From the NCBI RefSeq assembly GCF_009914755.1, contig NC_060925.1: a DNA stretch of 64,000 bases. One strand, 5' to 3'. The notes beneath the pieces are model-generated. The model saw nothing but the letters and a program-made list of their open reading frames with translations, was not told the origin of the DNA and did no database searches. This document shows positions 1-14,930 of the stretch, piece after piece (the first letter of the stretch is position 1; every line of letters starts with the position of its first letter). Both the position numbers and the translations under genes were made by a program. The DNA is from the human T2T-CHM13v2.0 reference genome, Homo sapiens.

Positions 1-2354
1 CCCTGCTCATCCTGCCATTACCTTTGTGTTGACATTGGGACAGTGGCTCCTTGTCTCCTCTTGGAGATCGTGAGGCTCTTTCCTGAGCAGAGTGTCTGCC
101 CTCCTGCTCATCGTGATGACTTTTCTTGACATGACTTTAGGGCTCACTAAGAACCTTCCCTAGCAGGGGTGTATATGGGAGACCAAAGAGAAGGCAAGGA
201 CAGAAGACCCTGTTATCATCCAGGGAGGTGGCAGACTGAAGATCCCAGAGAACTAGACAGAGGTCAGTGGAGAGTGGAGACAGGAGGACATAGGCTCTCT
301 CTCTGGGGTGTGGGAAGGGACAGGACCACCATCAGGTTCACATCTGCATTTTTTGGGGACCAAAGGCTTCTTGCCCTGGGAGAGAGAAAGCAGGGGCGGG
401 ACAGTTGGTCCCCTCCCATCCACCCTGCCCAAGCCTGTCCTGAGTGGTGTCTTCTGACTTTCTTGCACTGTCGAGGGGACAATAACCACACAAATGACAA
501 CAGATGCCGGCCTGGGAATGGAACAGCATTTCCTAAGCAAGGGCTGGACTTCCCTCTCTTTTGTGCCAGATCTAGTGTCTCCAGGTTAGACTGCATTGGG
601 TGCTCTTGGTCTGAAATGTTCAAATCCTGGGGCTCCCTGGAAGGGTCTGGAGTGGCCATCTGGAGCCCTCTTACTCTTGCATATGTGGAGCTGATGCACT
701 GTGAGCACCTACTGTGTGCACAGCCTGTGCAAAAGGTTTTATCTGCGCAGCTAGTTAACTGAGGAGTCTTAATGCTTTATGGGTAAAACCAGGATATGGT
801 TTTCATTTTTCCACTTGTTGCTTTTAATGGAATTCCTTCAAGTTCTCCTTTTTTTGAGCCTTAAGGTCCTCAGGCAGATTTCATTATTTTCCGGCCATTT
901 CCAGTTAAAATATAATCTGATTTATTTTAGAACCTGGGACCTCACATCTCATCTAAAGCACTCTAAACCCTTCCCCTACAGCTTTTCCAGGCTGCTCCAG
1001 GAGTGGGGAGAAGGAAGGAATCTCACTCTCTATTGGACAGGCAGGTTGCAGAGGGTGAGTGGCCACCTACCCTGGTCTGGGTTAGCTCTGCCTACTCTGG
1101 TGATCTTCTGCTGTGGTGGCACCTCCTGGCTCCTGTTCCCTGACAACCTCCACCTCCCGGCCTGTGTCACCTCTCCTGGCCCATGCTCTGCTCTCTGCAA
1201 GGTTGGCATCCTTTGTGTAGAATATGTGTGGGGAGAATTGGTATTGGGGGTGATTCTGTTGGCTTGCGGTCAGTGCTGCCTGGTAGAGGATGGGAAGGGG
1301 GCAGGTCTGGCTCCAGTTGTGAGTAGCTTCTTGTCAGCTCTCTTTAGAATCTCGGGATACTTGGCCCTCCTTGTCCTTCATTTTGGCTTCAGCTGTCATT
1401 CCAGGGCACCATGAAAAGTCCCTCTCACATTCTGTTATGTGGCAATCTCTCTTGCTGACGCCTCACAATCACCCTGTTTATGGGATTATTCCTATGGACA
1501 GATGGGGAAATAGAAGCTCAGAGAGATGCAGTCGCTTGGCCAAGGCTGCTCAGCAGTGGAGAGTGGGTAATATCTGAACCTAGGTCTGGCTGACCTTAAA
1601 GCCCGTGGTTAAGAGCCCAGTGGAGTGGAATCACAGTACTGCCATTTCCTAGCTGTGTGACCTTGGACATAGTTACTTAACTTCCTTTTCCTCATCTATA
1701 AAATGAGGAGGATGACTAGCAACAATATCCTGGGTTTCTGGGGCGATTCAATACATTGTATACCATAAGACTCATGATTGCATTGGCTACCAGGACTGTT
1801 GGTGGCATTGTCCATCAGTTACACCATCCCCTCTAGGCTCCACAGGAGAAATGGCTTTCAGGCCATGATGTCTGGAAAATAGATGTTAAACAAGCAACAG
1901 TTACCATAAATTGATTGTGTTTTCCTCTTTGCTTTGGCTACTAGGAAGCTCAGTGAAATTGCTCAAAGTATATAGGCCTCCCTGGTCTCATCTTATTTTT
2001 TTACTACTTTTCTCTTTGCATAATTTTTATTTGTGTCTTATTTCCTACTGTATGAAGTTGTATTAACATTTTAAATTTCTGTATCAAGCTCTTGTTGTCA
2101 TAAGCCAATGTTGCCATCAGAGGGGAAGTTGAGGGCAACGTAGAGATCCCACAGAGAGTTGCTCTCCCAGATCGTGTCCAGTTCTTATTCCTTAAAGAAA
2201 AGCACCTTTGAAAACAGAATTGCCCTTGTGGGAGTGGGAGAGGGGGCTGGTTAGTGAGACTGGACTTTCCTTCTAACTCTTTGGATGCTGAGGTGTGTGG
2301 TAGGGGAATCTGCTGATGACATCTGCAGAAGGAGGAATGCTTAGCAGCTCACTG

Positions 2355-2735
2355 TATCAGTTTAAGATTGATGCAGAAAATCCCCAAATGAGAGGCTTAA
2401 ACAATCCAATAGTTGATTTCACTTTCATGTTCAAATAGTTTAGAAGAGGGTCCATTCCTGGGGTGGCATGGGGCCCCAGAGTCCAGGTACGTTAATAGCA
2501 TTCTCGCTCGCACTGCTGTGTAATAGCTTCCATTCTCAAAGTCACTCATGTTCCATGTCCAGAGTCACTGTCGTTTGCCCTCACACCCTGCATTTCAGAA
2601 GGGAGGGCAAAGCAAAGAAGGGCACTTCCTAGAAGTTGCAGAAGACAGCCCCTCCCCACCGTACTTTGTCCTCATTGACTAGTTTCAGGACCGGCCTAGC
2701 TTCTAGGGAGGCCTGGGAAAGGAGTCCTCATTCTG
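2355..2735 (-). mobile_element. Old MaLR LTR fragment (MLT1J/K-like)
   Basis: tgtatcagtt...ggcttaaacaa...ctagcttctagggaggcctgggaaa, typical of antisense MLT1; highly diverged. Confidence 0.5.
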
Positions 2736-3679
2736 TGCAAACTTGGGCTTCTTTGAGCCTATTTCCTCCACTATAAACAGTCTGACTGCCTTGCAGGGTT
2801 CGTGTGAGGATTAAATAAGAATGTAGTAAAATATAACAGGTGTTCTGCAAATGTAAATTTGCTTCTATTTTTAGTTTTCCCTTCCCTCCGTTACTTGGGA
2901 CTAAGAGAGAAGCTTTAGCTACACGAAGAAAGATTTAGGAGCAATAAAAAAGAAAACTCTTTGAGAGGAAACGTTGCAGCACACACCAGGAAGCTGGGAT
3001 AACAGATTCCCTTTGGCTCCAATCAGGGAGGCAGTAAAACTGAAATTAAACAGAAGGGTGGGGGTCCCGCGTCAATCACTAGAGGTTAGATAGGTGCAGA
3101 AATGGGGTACAGACCCTCAGAAGGACCTCCCGTGCCGTTTGATTCCAAAATCTTGTTGTGATCACCTTCCCCGAGTTCGAGGTGGTGAGTGCAATACATG
3201 TGCAAGGCGGGTTGCGTTTGAATGTGCAGCTGTTTTCATCCTCAAGATGAGCTCGGGCATTTCCAAGACTGTCTGCACACCAAGCACACTGGCATGGGGT
3301 ACAGCATTGCTCAGCATCTCATTCCCCTGATGCCCCTTTCTGCCAGGGCTGAACCCTCAGGAAGTCCCCTGGGGCCTTTAAAAGCTGAGCTAGGGAGGGA
3401 GGGAGCCCAGCTGGTGGCTCGCTCTGCTCAGTGGGGGCTGCTGGGAAATGCTGCTCTTTCCTGGGTGTCTTACCAGGGTGGAGATGTTGAAGTCAGCAAT
3501 GGGGCAGGAGGTCCTGGGGACCCCAGCTGCTCTGGCTACTGAGCATGCTCAGACACGGACTCTGCTGGGGATGGTTTGGTTCCCTGGAGGAGAAGGAAGA
3601 AGAGGAGGAAGAGGTGGTTTTGGGTGGGGTGGGCTTTAACTTGATGGAGGGAGGAGGATGGCTCTGTGCATGCGTGCAC

Positions 3680-3700
3680 CTGTGTGTGTGTGTGTGTGTG
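3680..3700. repeat. (TG)n microsatellite
   Basis: Direct TG run. Confidence 0.9.
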
Positions 3701-6399
3701 TAGGTAAGCACTCCCACTGTTTTAAACGTTCTCTAGCACTGCTGGAGTGATGGGCAGCTGGAGGTGAGTTAGCTCATACATGCAGGTGCCTTCAGTATCT
3801 CATTTAACCTTCACCATCCCAAGAGGTCGGCATCACGCCCCCACTTACCAGAGGTGAAACTGAGGCTCGCATGGGAGAACAACTTGTCCAAGGTCAGTGG
3901 CAGCCAGCGGTATATTTGGAGAGATACAAATCCAGCTTTGTTAAACACTCAGCTTTGCCCTCCACCCCCTCTGGGGTAAATGGGCATAATCCCTACAGGG
4001 GATGCTGGGACTCTCCAACCCCCAGCTCTCACAGCTACCCTGTGGCTCATACCGGATTCAAACCCCAGGTCCACCCGGCTTCAAAAGCCAGCCGTGTGCT
4101 TCTTGATCTAGTCTTCCGACCTCTTCAAGCTTCTTCAGCAGCTGAGAGGATGCTCTAGACTTAGATTGCAACGAGTAGGGAGGTTTAGGTGGCTACTTGT
4201 TGGAGTGTTAACTTCTAAGCTGGGAATTTCTAGAATGATAGAGTTTGCACAGCACCGGCACTGCCGTGGCAAGTGGGCCAGCCCTGAGGGCCTCGGAAGG
4301 CAGCAGAAGTCGGCTCTCTGCTCTGGCACATTCTAGGGACACGCTGCTCAAGTATGGCTCGTACAGGGCCTTCCCTAGGGGTGGTATCCACACTCCTAGC
4401 ATGGTGCTTCCTGGGTTTCAGGCCAGTAGCTGAGATCTGGGGCACCTGCTAGTAAGAAGCTCTTGTTTAAGCAGAAAGAGCTCAGACTTCCAAACCCACC
4501 AGGGTTGGGATCCAAATCCCTCCTGCCTCTCTGTGGTCCCTGCTGCCTGAGAGCTTCAGTTTCTGCACCTCTCCAGGCAGGACAGCAGCTGCCACCTGCT
4601 AGGGCTACTGTGGCAGTTCGCGGTGATGCCGATGTTGTGCCCAAGCCCTGCCATGAGGGCACTTGATGCATGGTAGCTATTAGTCATAATTTAGGACCTC
4701 TCTGTCCCTCCTATGAGACCACGTATGCTTTGGAGCTAAGGACCCCACCTCTTTGAAGTGCCTGGAGCTTACTTCATGCCATATCGGCGCTTCCCAGGCT
4801 GTGTTCTGCAGACAAGAATGTTCCCGAAAGGAGTGTTCTGTAACCACCGTGCATCGGAGGCATTGCGCTCAGTAGCCTTCTCAGGATCTTTAATATGGCA
4901 GAAAGCATTGTGACTCTGCAGGCGGACAGGGCCAGGTATCCAGCATTTCTCAAGCTTGACCAATAATCAGACCTTCCTGTCCTGCCTTCAGAATGCAGTG
5001 TAGTGTGCAGTCGAGAGAATATTCTGGAAGCCTGCAGGCCTGGGTGTGGCTCTGGCAGCTTCCTGTACTTGCTGCCTGTTTCCTCTCTGAACCCTGAATC
5101 TCATTTCTTCCTCTGAGGAGTGGGGAGATGAATCCCCAGCCTTCCAGGTGGCTGATAATTAAGTTGTGGGATGGAAGTAAAGCGGTTTGCACAGGGCCTG
5201 GCCGTCAGTGGGCTTCCAGCAAACGGGAGCCAATGTTCCTGGCAGGGGCTGGGTACAGGGCAGGGGAGCAGGAAATCTGACTTGACTGTAGGAGGCGAGG
5301 AGGTGGGAGCAGGATCATTGAGAAACTGAAATGCTGTCGAATCTGAGTGGGGCAGAGGACGGAACTGAGTCTCCCTCCATAAAGGCGTTTTGTCCCGGAG
5401 TAGATTGACAATCTGTGTTACCTCCACCACATCTTCAGTCTGGGGGCACCTGGGTTCTCTCCTAGGATCTCAAGGAATTAGCTAATTAGGCTGGTGTGCC
5501 TAGAAGGCAGAGGTCATATGGGTCTGCGAAGCCGTGAAATGTGCAGTGAAACTAAGCGCAGTCATCAGTCCCGGCTCTGCCTTCCCTTTTCCTGAAATAT
5601 GCGGTGGGAGTGCTGCAGGGTGTGGCACATGTCATCACTTCATGCCACAAATATCTACCCCAAGATATTCGCCCGAGGTGCCCTAAGGAGCTCATGGTCT
5701 AGGTGGGAGCTAGACCAGCAAATGCAGAATTAGAATAGGTGACTGGGGAGGGGCCAGGAGGGCAGAAGACCCACTGCTGCTGGGAGGGAGGACCCAGACG
5801 GGAGTAAGAGTAGGTGATGGCAGAGGTGCTGGCTCTTAAAGGAAGCCACAACAGCTCGCCTGGCAGATGCTGGGCTTGGAGAAGGACATTTTGGGAGAGG
5901 GAGTTGGTGGAGGGGGCCATTCAAAAGGACCAGAGAGTTTTCTTGGGAGTTCTGTTTTAAGATTTTAGTCTGAGTCACATCCTAATTTCTACCAGGATGA
6001 TTGAGATGCATGAGATTGACTTGCATTTGTTCCAAACATGCTTTTCAAAAGCAAAACTGCTTTTTAAAAAAATCTATTTTTGTTCCCCCAGGTAAAACAA
6101 GTTCATGTCATTCTACCATTTGTCTGGCCAAGGACCCTCTCTGGTTTTCACTTTTTTAAAGTCTTTCCTTCTCCATTCCAGCTCCTGGACCCTCCTGGTG
6201 GGAAGCCACGTGTGTGTTGTCCTCAGATATGTGTGCATCCGTGTAAAATAAGCAGGCGTTTGCCTTAACCGACATCACTAGTCTTGTGCTATTTAAGTTC
6301 TTGTTTTACATCTTTACCATATCTACCCCACACGCTGTTTGAAAGCTCTGTCTGCACTGCTGTGAAGTCCACTCACGAGCGAGCTCTCCACGGATGCAT

Positions 6400-8460
6400 T
6401 CCTGGCTCAGCCTCTCCCTAAGCGATGTCCACTTTGGTCCCCTCTCTGGTTTTCCACTTTACTAATGATGCTGTAGAGAATGCCCTTGTAGAGTCCCATC
6501 ACAAGCTTGGAGGACGTGGTTTCTCTGGGGGGTGTGCCAAGGTTTGGGAAATGCCGAGTCAGCAGGACACGCACATCAAATTCACCGTGTTCCCAGATGC
6601 CTTTCCAGCCAGTCCCATTGGGCTCACTCCCGCCAGCGGGGTTGGGAGCTTCCTTTTCCCACATCTGTGCCAGCACCTGTTGGCGATCGTCTAGTTTTGC
6701 TAATCTGATATGTGTAAAACATCTCATCCCTTTACTGTGTGTGTTGCTGATCAATGTATGGTTGAACATCATCTCCTTATATGCTTGCTGTTTGGATTGC
6801 TGGTGTCGGAATGGATGTGTTTATACACTTTGTCAATTTCCTCATCTTTTTGTCTTTTTTTTTTCTTGTTGGTTTCTAAGTTCGTTCCATGTCATTTTTA
6901 GATGTTGCTAGTATCATCTCCCATTTTGATATGTTTGTCTTAAAGGTGTCTGTGTTTTCACTGAACAGAAATCTATTTCTTTGTTGCTTCCTCTCTTTTT
7001 TTCCTCTGGCCTTAGAAATTGTGTGTGTGCCTTCTGTCTTGTTTTTAGAAGTCCTTCCCTTTACCAAGACCAAAAAAATTCTCCCACAATCTCTTCCCTT
7101 AGCTTTATAGTTTTACTTTATAAATTTAGGTCTTTAATCCATCTGGGTTCTGTCCTGTGTTCTCTGTCTGATAAGCACACAACCTCGTCTTTCTCTGTAC
7201 TGTAAATCAGCTCCGCCCCCGCCCCCACCACCCACATCCATCCTTTTTCCTCCGGTTTCAGGAACCACCTTTATGGTGCTGAATTCAGCTCTTCACACAC
7301 AGGAGGTTCTATTTCTGAGCTCTCTCTGCTGTTCCGTTGGTCTGTCTGTTTTTATACGAATGCCTTAGCCGTTTCTATTGCTGTACCTCTGGGACATCTC
7401 TTAATGCCTCGGAGGCCAGAAGTTTTGCTCTTCTTTTTCATGATTAAGCAACTGGCAGACCCTTTTCTTCTTCTAGACAATTTTAGAACTTATTGACCAT
7501 ATTCTCTAAAAACCCTGCTGTAATTATTATTGAAATTACTTGAAAATGTCTACACTACTTTGGGGAGTTAACATGTGACTAATGTTAACATGACAGTTGC
7601 CCTTTTGGGTCATTTTAATAATGTAAAACTTTTCTCCATACAAGTCTTGAGCATCTGATTCAATTCTAAAATAGTGTATATGTTTTCGTTGATAATATGA
7701 GTGGGGTGTCATTTTCTGTTGTGTTTTCTTCTAGTTGGTTATTGCTAGGGCAAAAGAATGCTGTTAATTTTTAAGTTGGTCACTTTGAACGTGTTCAGAT
7801 TCTGTTGGATTTTTTCTATAGATGATATTATCTTAAACGTGAACAATGGTGGTCTCTCTGTCTCTTCTTCCAGTTATTTTACGTGATGTTTCTCCTTTGC
7901 CCTACTGCCCTTGCCGGGACTTCGTTTGATGTTGAGTTGTTGCGCAGTGGCAAACTTCCTTGCCTTGGTGTCAATCTTTTTTTTTTTTTTTTTTTTTTGA
8001 GACAGAGTCTCGCCCTATTGTTGCCAGGGCTGGAGTGCAGTGGCGTGATCTCGGCTCACCACACCCTCTGCACCCGGGTTCAATCAATTCTCCTGCTTCA
8101 GCCTCCCGAGTAGCTAGGACTAAAGGTGCGTACCACCATGCCTGGCTAAGTTTTGTATTTTTAGTAGAGACTGGGTTTTGATATGTTGGCCAGGCTGGGC
8201 TCAAACTCCTCACCTCGTGATCCACCCACCTCAGCCTCCCAAAGCGCTGGGATTACAGGCATGAGCCACTGTGCCCGGCCACCTTGGTGTCAATCTTAAG
8301 AGAAATAAGGTGAAAATTCCCAGCTAAGGGCGGCATTTGCTGTAGGTTTTACTATGTTGTGTTCATCCAGTCAAGGAAATTCTCTTCAATTCCTTGAGTT
8401 TTTAAAAGTAAATACATGTTAAATTTGGTCAAATGCTTTTGCCAATCTATTAAAATAATT
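6400..8460 (-). mobile_element. Old L1 (L1M-type) fragments, antisense, interrupted by Alu
   Basis: T-rich diverged L1 3'/ORF2 tracts (ttttgctaatctgata, ttattgcta...aatgctgttaatttt, tttgctgtaggtttt, ttggtcaaatgcttt). Boundaries approximate. Confidence 0.6.
7977..8280 (-). mobile_element. Alu (S-type), full length
   Basis: Poly-T followed by reverse-complement Alu; 16-bp TSD ccttggtgtcaatctt on both sides. Confidence 0.97.
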
Positions 8461-8661
8461 CTTGCACTTCTGTGCTAAACTCTGTTCTGCCTAAAAGTAC
8501 TTATAAAGCTCTGTGTGCCAGACTGTGTTGTAGGTGCTTTGTAAATATTTACTTTCTTAATCCTTATGACAGCTCTATAGAGCTAGATACTGTTTATTAT
8601 CTCCTCCTTGCAGATGAGACAAGACACAGAGAGGTTAATTTACTCAAAGTCACACAGCTGG

Positions 8662-9280
8662 TCAGGCCCATCTCTAGCATTTGCAATACTGGGGAAGAGT
8701 ATAAATGGACACACAGCAATTCTAGATATTTAAAGCTGTAAAACAAGATAACAAACTGTTAAACATCTATCCTCTTATCTGAGAAATATACGTTGATAAA
8801 GATAAAATCTACAAGATACCAAGATGGCCAAATTTAATGATTATTGCACATTTTGGCATTCCATTGTAAGTCTGAGATAGTTGGATGAGTAATAGTCATA
8901 CATAACTCATAAATTATGTATTCCATAAAATTTTTCTTGCCTTCAATAAAATAAATTCTGATGTAATCAAGATTTTCATGTAGTTTGTGTTCTATTATAG
9001 TAGTGATATAAAAGATTAAAAATAAAACATAATTATGCTCAAAGCATACAAAATTAAACTTTTACCACCTAGAAGTGAAAGTAAATGTAAAAAAAACAAT
9101 TTCTGAAGCTTTCAAAAAGTTTTTCATCTAAAATTGAGAATTATCTGTAAACATTAAGAAGCAAAATACAAATCAGTATGAATTTTTAAATTAAATGTAT
9201 TTAAAACTGAAATTTATTCATGCTTTGAAAATACAATGTTAGCATTCGGTGTCCATCTAGTTACCAGCATAAATCATTGG
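8662..9280. mobile_element. hAT-Tip100 DNA transposon fossil (Zaphod/MER115-like)
   Basis: Start caggcccatctctagcatttgc...gaagagtataaatgga...tatttaaagctgtaaaacaagataacaaactgttaa resembles the recalled MER115/Zaphod terminus; AT-rich internal part. Confidence 0.5.
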
Positions 9281-9803
9281 TCTCATGCTTTTACCCTTAT
9301 ATCTGCAGATGGGTATATGAAGGGTCATATGAATTGTTCAGGGTTTCGAAATGTTCCCAAGCTGCAGCGTTGAGCTGTTGTGAACGCTGTTCTAATTTAG
9401 CTGCTAATTCGTATACCTCTACTACCCCAATGAGGAGCATGAAGAGAAACAAGAAAATGGATGCCCTGCATTTCTAGGAAATGAGTCTTCATTTCGTGGG
9501 AATCTATTGCAGGAGTGCTAACAGGAAGATTTGATAAGTTGGTTAATTTGTCTTTTCTCTTACCGAAGTGCTTTTGCAGCTCAAATCCTCCCTGCACCTC
9601 AGAGCTGTGCCCTCCTTCTGTCGACAGCACTACATACAACCAGCTTCCACGGTGTGTGGATTCAGGTTGCTGTTTGTTTCTATTAAGTTGAGCCGGGGCT
9701 GCTGGGGAGTGTTTCCCTGGGCCCTGAATGGTACTAGTCATGAGGGTGGACGTGGAGTCAGGAGTTGCATCGTGCTGGCACTGAACAGCAGATCCCGGAT
9801 GAC

Positions 9804-9808
9804 TGTGC

Positions 9809-9850
<42 letters not shown>
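9804..9850. repeat. (TG)n microsatellite
   Basis: About 23 alternating purine-pyrimidine units. Confidence 0.95.
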
Positions 9851-9851
<1 letters not shown>

Positions 9852-10085
9852 GGAGGGCAGTGGTGCACATATTTATCAGATGATGGGGCTTAGGGCAGAA
9901 TCCCCTTTTACCTGGGCTGAAAGGAGTTACTACCGCGGGTAAGGAACAGAGCTGGGGTGTGACCTCAGGCTGCCTGATTCGAGTCATATCCCCGATCATA
10001 ACATCATGTAACTTTCTCTACCATATTGTCTTTAACTCTTAGACTTAGCTAGCTGATACTTTATTTTGCAGAAAAGATATCTTCA

Positions 10086-11072
<987 letters not shown>

Positions 11073-12004
11073 CCTGCCAAGGGTATAAGTGGGGAGTGAG
11101 AGTGTATGCTGCATTGGTCATTTCTGACTTAAATCATTAAATTCAGCAGAAGGTCTCTATGACTGTAAAGGCAGACAGAGTGAGCGAGGGAGAGTGATAG
11201 GGAGTCTAAGCACAGAGTAGGACTTTTGAGCCAGCAAGACTTGGTTCATATGTCAGCTTTGCCAATTTCCATCACTATACTTCTGGACAGTTTATTTTTC
11301 TAATTCTCAGTTTTTGTACCTGTAAGTTGGAAAATTGGATATACGCTTACTTCCTAGGGTCCTCATATGGCCTAAGTGACATCACATACGAACCCTAAGA
11401 ATTCTGTCACGAATCTAACCTACCCAAACTGGCTCAAAGAAAACAAGGAAATTGATTGATTCAACGAATTTAAAGCCCCAAAGGTAGTTCATGCTTCAGG
11501 AGCAGTTTGATCCAGAAGTTCACAGTGATGTGCCCTGGCCATATTTCTCTGTGACATTCTTGGCCCTGTCCTTCTCCACAGGCCTGCCTCTTCTTCAGGC
11601 TGTAGTGGGAAACACTAAAGGCTGTGGTGGTCTCAGAGCTGACACCCACCAGCTGAACACGAGCAAATGGGTCTTTGGGGGTCTTGTGTGATGAGGAATG
11701 AGAAAGCCTCTTTCCCAGAAGCCCTTAGTTAGTGTCTCCTCCTCTGATTGGCTTGAGTTGGGTCACATGGTCCTCCCTGAACCTTCACTTTGTCAAAAGG
11801 TTGGGCTGTACCCCTGAGCTGAGAGTGGGGTGAATACATTTCATCTAGGCCACAGGCTGACATGGGGAAAGCTCAGGTCCAAAGCAAGACCTGGGTGCTG
11901 TGGACTGGGGAGGCAACGAGGACACAGGGACCCAGCAAATGGCTGCCCCTGACCATTGCAGCCACCACCCAGCTGGTCGTCTTCCTTTCATCTTTGTCCC
12001 CATC

Positions 12005-12311
12005 TTTTTTTTTTTTTCTTTTGAAATGGAGTTTTGCTTTTGTTGCCCAGGCTGGAGTACAATGGTGCCATCTCGGCTCACTGCAACCTCTGCAACCTCT
12101 GCCTCCTGGGTTCAAGCGATTCTTCTGCCTTAGCCTCCTGAGTAGCTGGGATATAGGCACACACCACCAAGCCCAGCTAATTTTTGTATTTTTAGTAGAA
12201 ATGGGGTTTCACCATGTTGGCCAGGCTGGTCTCGAACCCCTGACTTCAGATGATCACCCACCTTGGGCTCCCAAAGTGCTGGGATTACAGGTGTGAGCCA
12301 CTGTGCCCGGC
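12005..12311 (-). mobile_element. Alu (S-type)
   Basis: Poly-T plus Alu; TSD gtccccatctt/gtcctcatctt; internal 9-bp duplication ctgcaacct. Confidence 0.95.
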
Positions 12312-12759
12312 AGTCCTCATCTTCTATCCTCAACCCAGCAGCCAGTGTCATTCTCCTAACACTTGGGACAGACGGGACCCACCTCCTCTCTGCTCAGAAA
12401 CCTTCAGTGGCTCTCCGTCTCCCTAGGGACCAAAGCCGTATTCTTTACAATTTCCTAACAAGGCCCTAGATGCCCTGCGCACCTCACTTCTCCAGGACCT
12501 CACTTCCTCTCCCTCCAGCTCCCTTCCAGCCACACGGGGAAGCACCCACTTCAGGGCCTTTGCATTTGCCCAGAACCCTGCCTGGAATTCTCTTCCCCAG
12601 ATGTCTGTGTGCTTCCTGCCCTCACTACTTTGGGGTCTTGGCCAACTGGGACCCTCCTCAGTCTAAAACAGGAACTCTTTCATCTTCTGTCATCTTCTAC
12701 CCCTCACAAGTCTTGGCTTTATTTTTCTTTATAGCTAGTGCTTTATAAAATAGATATAT

Positions 12760-13064
12760 TTTCTTTTTCTTTTTTTTTTTTTTTTTTTTTGAGATTAAGT
12801 CTCCCTCCGTCACCCAGGCTGGAGTGCAGTGGCGCGGTCTTGGGTCACTGCAACCTCTGCTGGGTTCAAGCGATTCTTCTGCCTCAGCCTCCCAAGTAGC
12901 TGGCCTACAGGTATGCACCACCATGCCCAGCCAATTTTTGTATTTTTAGTAGAGACAGGGTTTCACCATATTGGCCAGGCTGGTCTCAAACTCCTGACCT
13001 TGTGATCCACCGCCTCAGCCTCCCAAAGTGCTGGGATTACAGGCGTGAGCCACTGCGTCCGGCC
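12760..13064 (-). mobile_element. Alu (S-type)
   Basis: Poly-T plus Alu; TSD aaaatagat(a/g)tattt. Confidence 0.95.
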
Positions 13065-14199
13065 AAAATAGATGTATTTTCTAACAGACATACAGACATG
13101 CATACACACCCTCCACTCCAATGTCAGCTTCCTTAGGGCAGCCACTGTTGTCTTGTTCATAGCTATATCTGCAGAGCCCTGTGCAGTGTATGGTACATAG
13201 AAGGTGCTCAGTAAGTATTTGTTGAGAGCTGTAACTCTAACCCCACTGCCTCTTCCTAACAGCCCACTGAGGGTCTCCTCTCTCTCACCTACCTATCCAC
13301 TCTTGTCCTAGGGACAGGCTGGGAGGCCGTAGGGACAAGATGTCACCTACCCTGATGATTTGTGATATGTGTCCTGGACATTGGTGTATCCATTCCGGTC
13401 CTTGGGAGTGGCTGATTAAAGGCATCATCTTCCTGCTTCCTCCTTTTCCTCCTCTTTCTAGGCTGCCAGGATCTTATTAGCCCTGTTTACATGGCCGGGA
13501 TGTCGAGCGATTAATTTTTAATGGCTTGGTTTATTGCATGTTTGAATGGTTTATTGAGTAATTCTCACATTTAAGTGATTAATTCTCCAGAGTTCAGAAC
13601 GACTGGTTAGTTTTACATTAATGGGGGTTTCTGAATGCCAAGAGACAATCAATCAAGCCTTCCTGCCAGGGAGAGTAATGTTAAGATACCTCAAGGTACA
13701 ATGAGGTTAAGAAGAGGCATAATTAAAACCCTGTCCTCCCCTCATGCAAATTTGATGTCTTTCTCTGTTTCTCCTTCTCTTTCTTCTGGTACTCCCCCTG
13801 TTTCTCAGTACAGCCCTCCCTGAACCCGGTTGCTCTTTAAGAGGCGCAAGTCTCCCTCTGTCCCTGGAGGCTCTGACTTCCCTGGTAATGAGGCCCAGTC
13901 CAGCTGCTGCTGGGAGTGGGACTTGCTTAGCGCTTGGTCCCCAGGAAGGGGACTTTGGAGCAGAAGAGGCCTGTAGCAGAGGTTCCTGATTTGCAGGGAA
14001 GCTGAGCCACATCCTCAGGATACAATGTCCGGTCACACCTTGTAGCCAGACAAAGCCCAGGTGGGCCTCAGGAGGACATCCGCACAGGGAGCAAGGGAGG
14101 GTTTTGGGATGGGGTTTTGCCTTTAGATTCTTCTGCAGAGCCCTGCGACCTGCTGCGCTTTGAGCAGGAGAGAAGTGGGAGCTGCTTTTGCATCTGCAT

Positions 14200-14665
14200 G
14201 AATCTGCTGTTATTACTGTAGCAAATTACCAAATGCAGTGGCCCAACACAGCACAGATTCATTATCCTGCAGTTCTGGAGGTCAGAAGCACGGGATGCGT
14301 CCCACTGGGCTACAGTCAAGGTGTTGTCAGGGCTGCCTCCTTTTGGGGGTTCTAGGGAAATATCCATGTCTTTGCCGTTTCCAGCTTGTGGAGGCCACCT
14401 GCATTGCTTGGCTCATGGCCTCTTCTTCCATCTTCAGATCTGGCAGCGTTGCTGCATCTGCACATCTTTCTCTGACTCTGGCCATACTCTTCCACATTTA
14501 AAGGACCTTTGTGATTACTGTGGGCTCACATGGATAATCCAGGATAATCTTTGCCTTCTCAAAGTCAGATGACCAGTAATCTTAATTCCATCCGCAGTCT
14601 TCATTCCCCTTGGTCTTGTAATCTGACATAGTCACAGTTTCCATGGATTAGGGCATCAGAATCTT
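14200..14665 (-). mobile_element. MLT1 (MaLR) LTR
   Basis: gcaaattacc...cagttctggaggtcagaag...ggataatccaggataatct...gtcacagtttccatggattagggc, typical antisense MLT1. Confidence 0.8.
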
Positions 14666-14930
14666 TGTGCTTTGGAGACCGCAGCATTGACAGGATGAGA
14701 AACAAGACGGCTGACAGGTTGGAGGCACAGACCCTGGAGCCTGATACCCTGGTTCAGTCCTTGCTCAGCTCCTCAATAGCTGTGGGGACATGAGTAAGTT
14801 TCCCAACTGTGCCTCAGTTTCCTTATGAAACTGAGGCAGATGATAGTACTGATCTCCTAGAGTTGTGCTGGGGAAACGAGGAGTGAAGTAGTTGGCCTGG
14901 CGTTTGGATCATAGCAAGTATGCCGTGTTA

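Noticed and set aside
169-1414. 197-aa and 211-aa ORFs at the window start
   Set aside because: No homology recognised, low-information composition, no supporting exon structure; the first begins at GTG. Consistent with chance.
9397-9999. 200-aa ORF with HTHTHT run (similarly 52845-53494)
   Set aside because: Frames kept open by (TG)n/(CA)n microsatellites.
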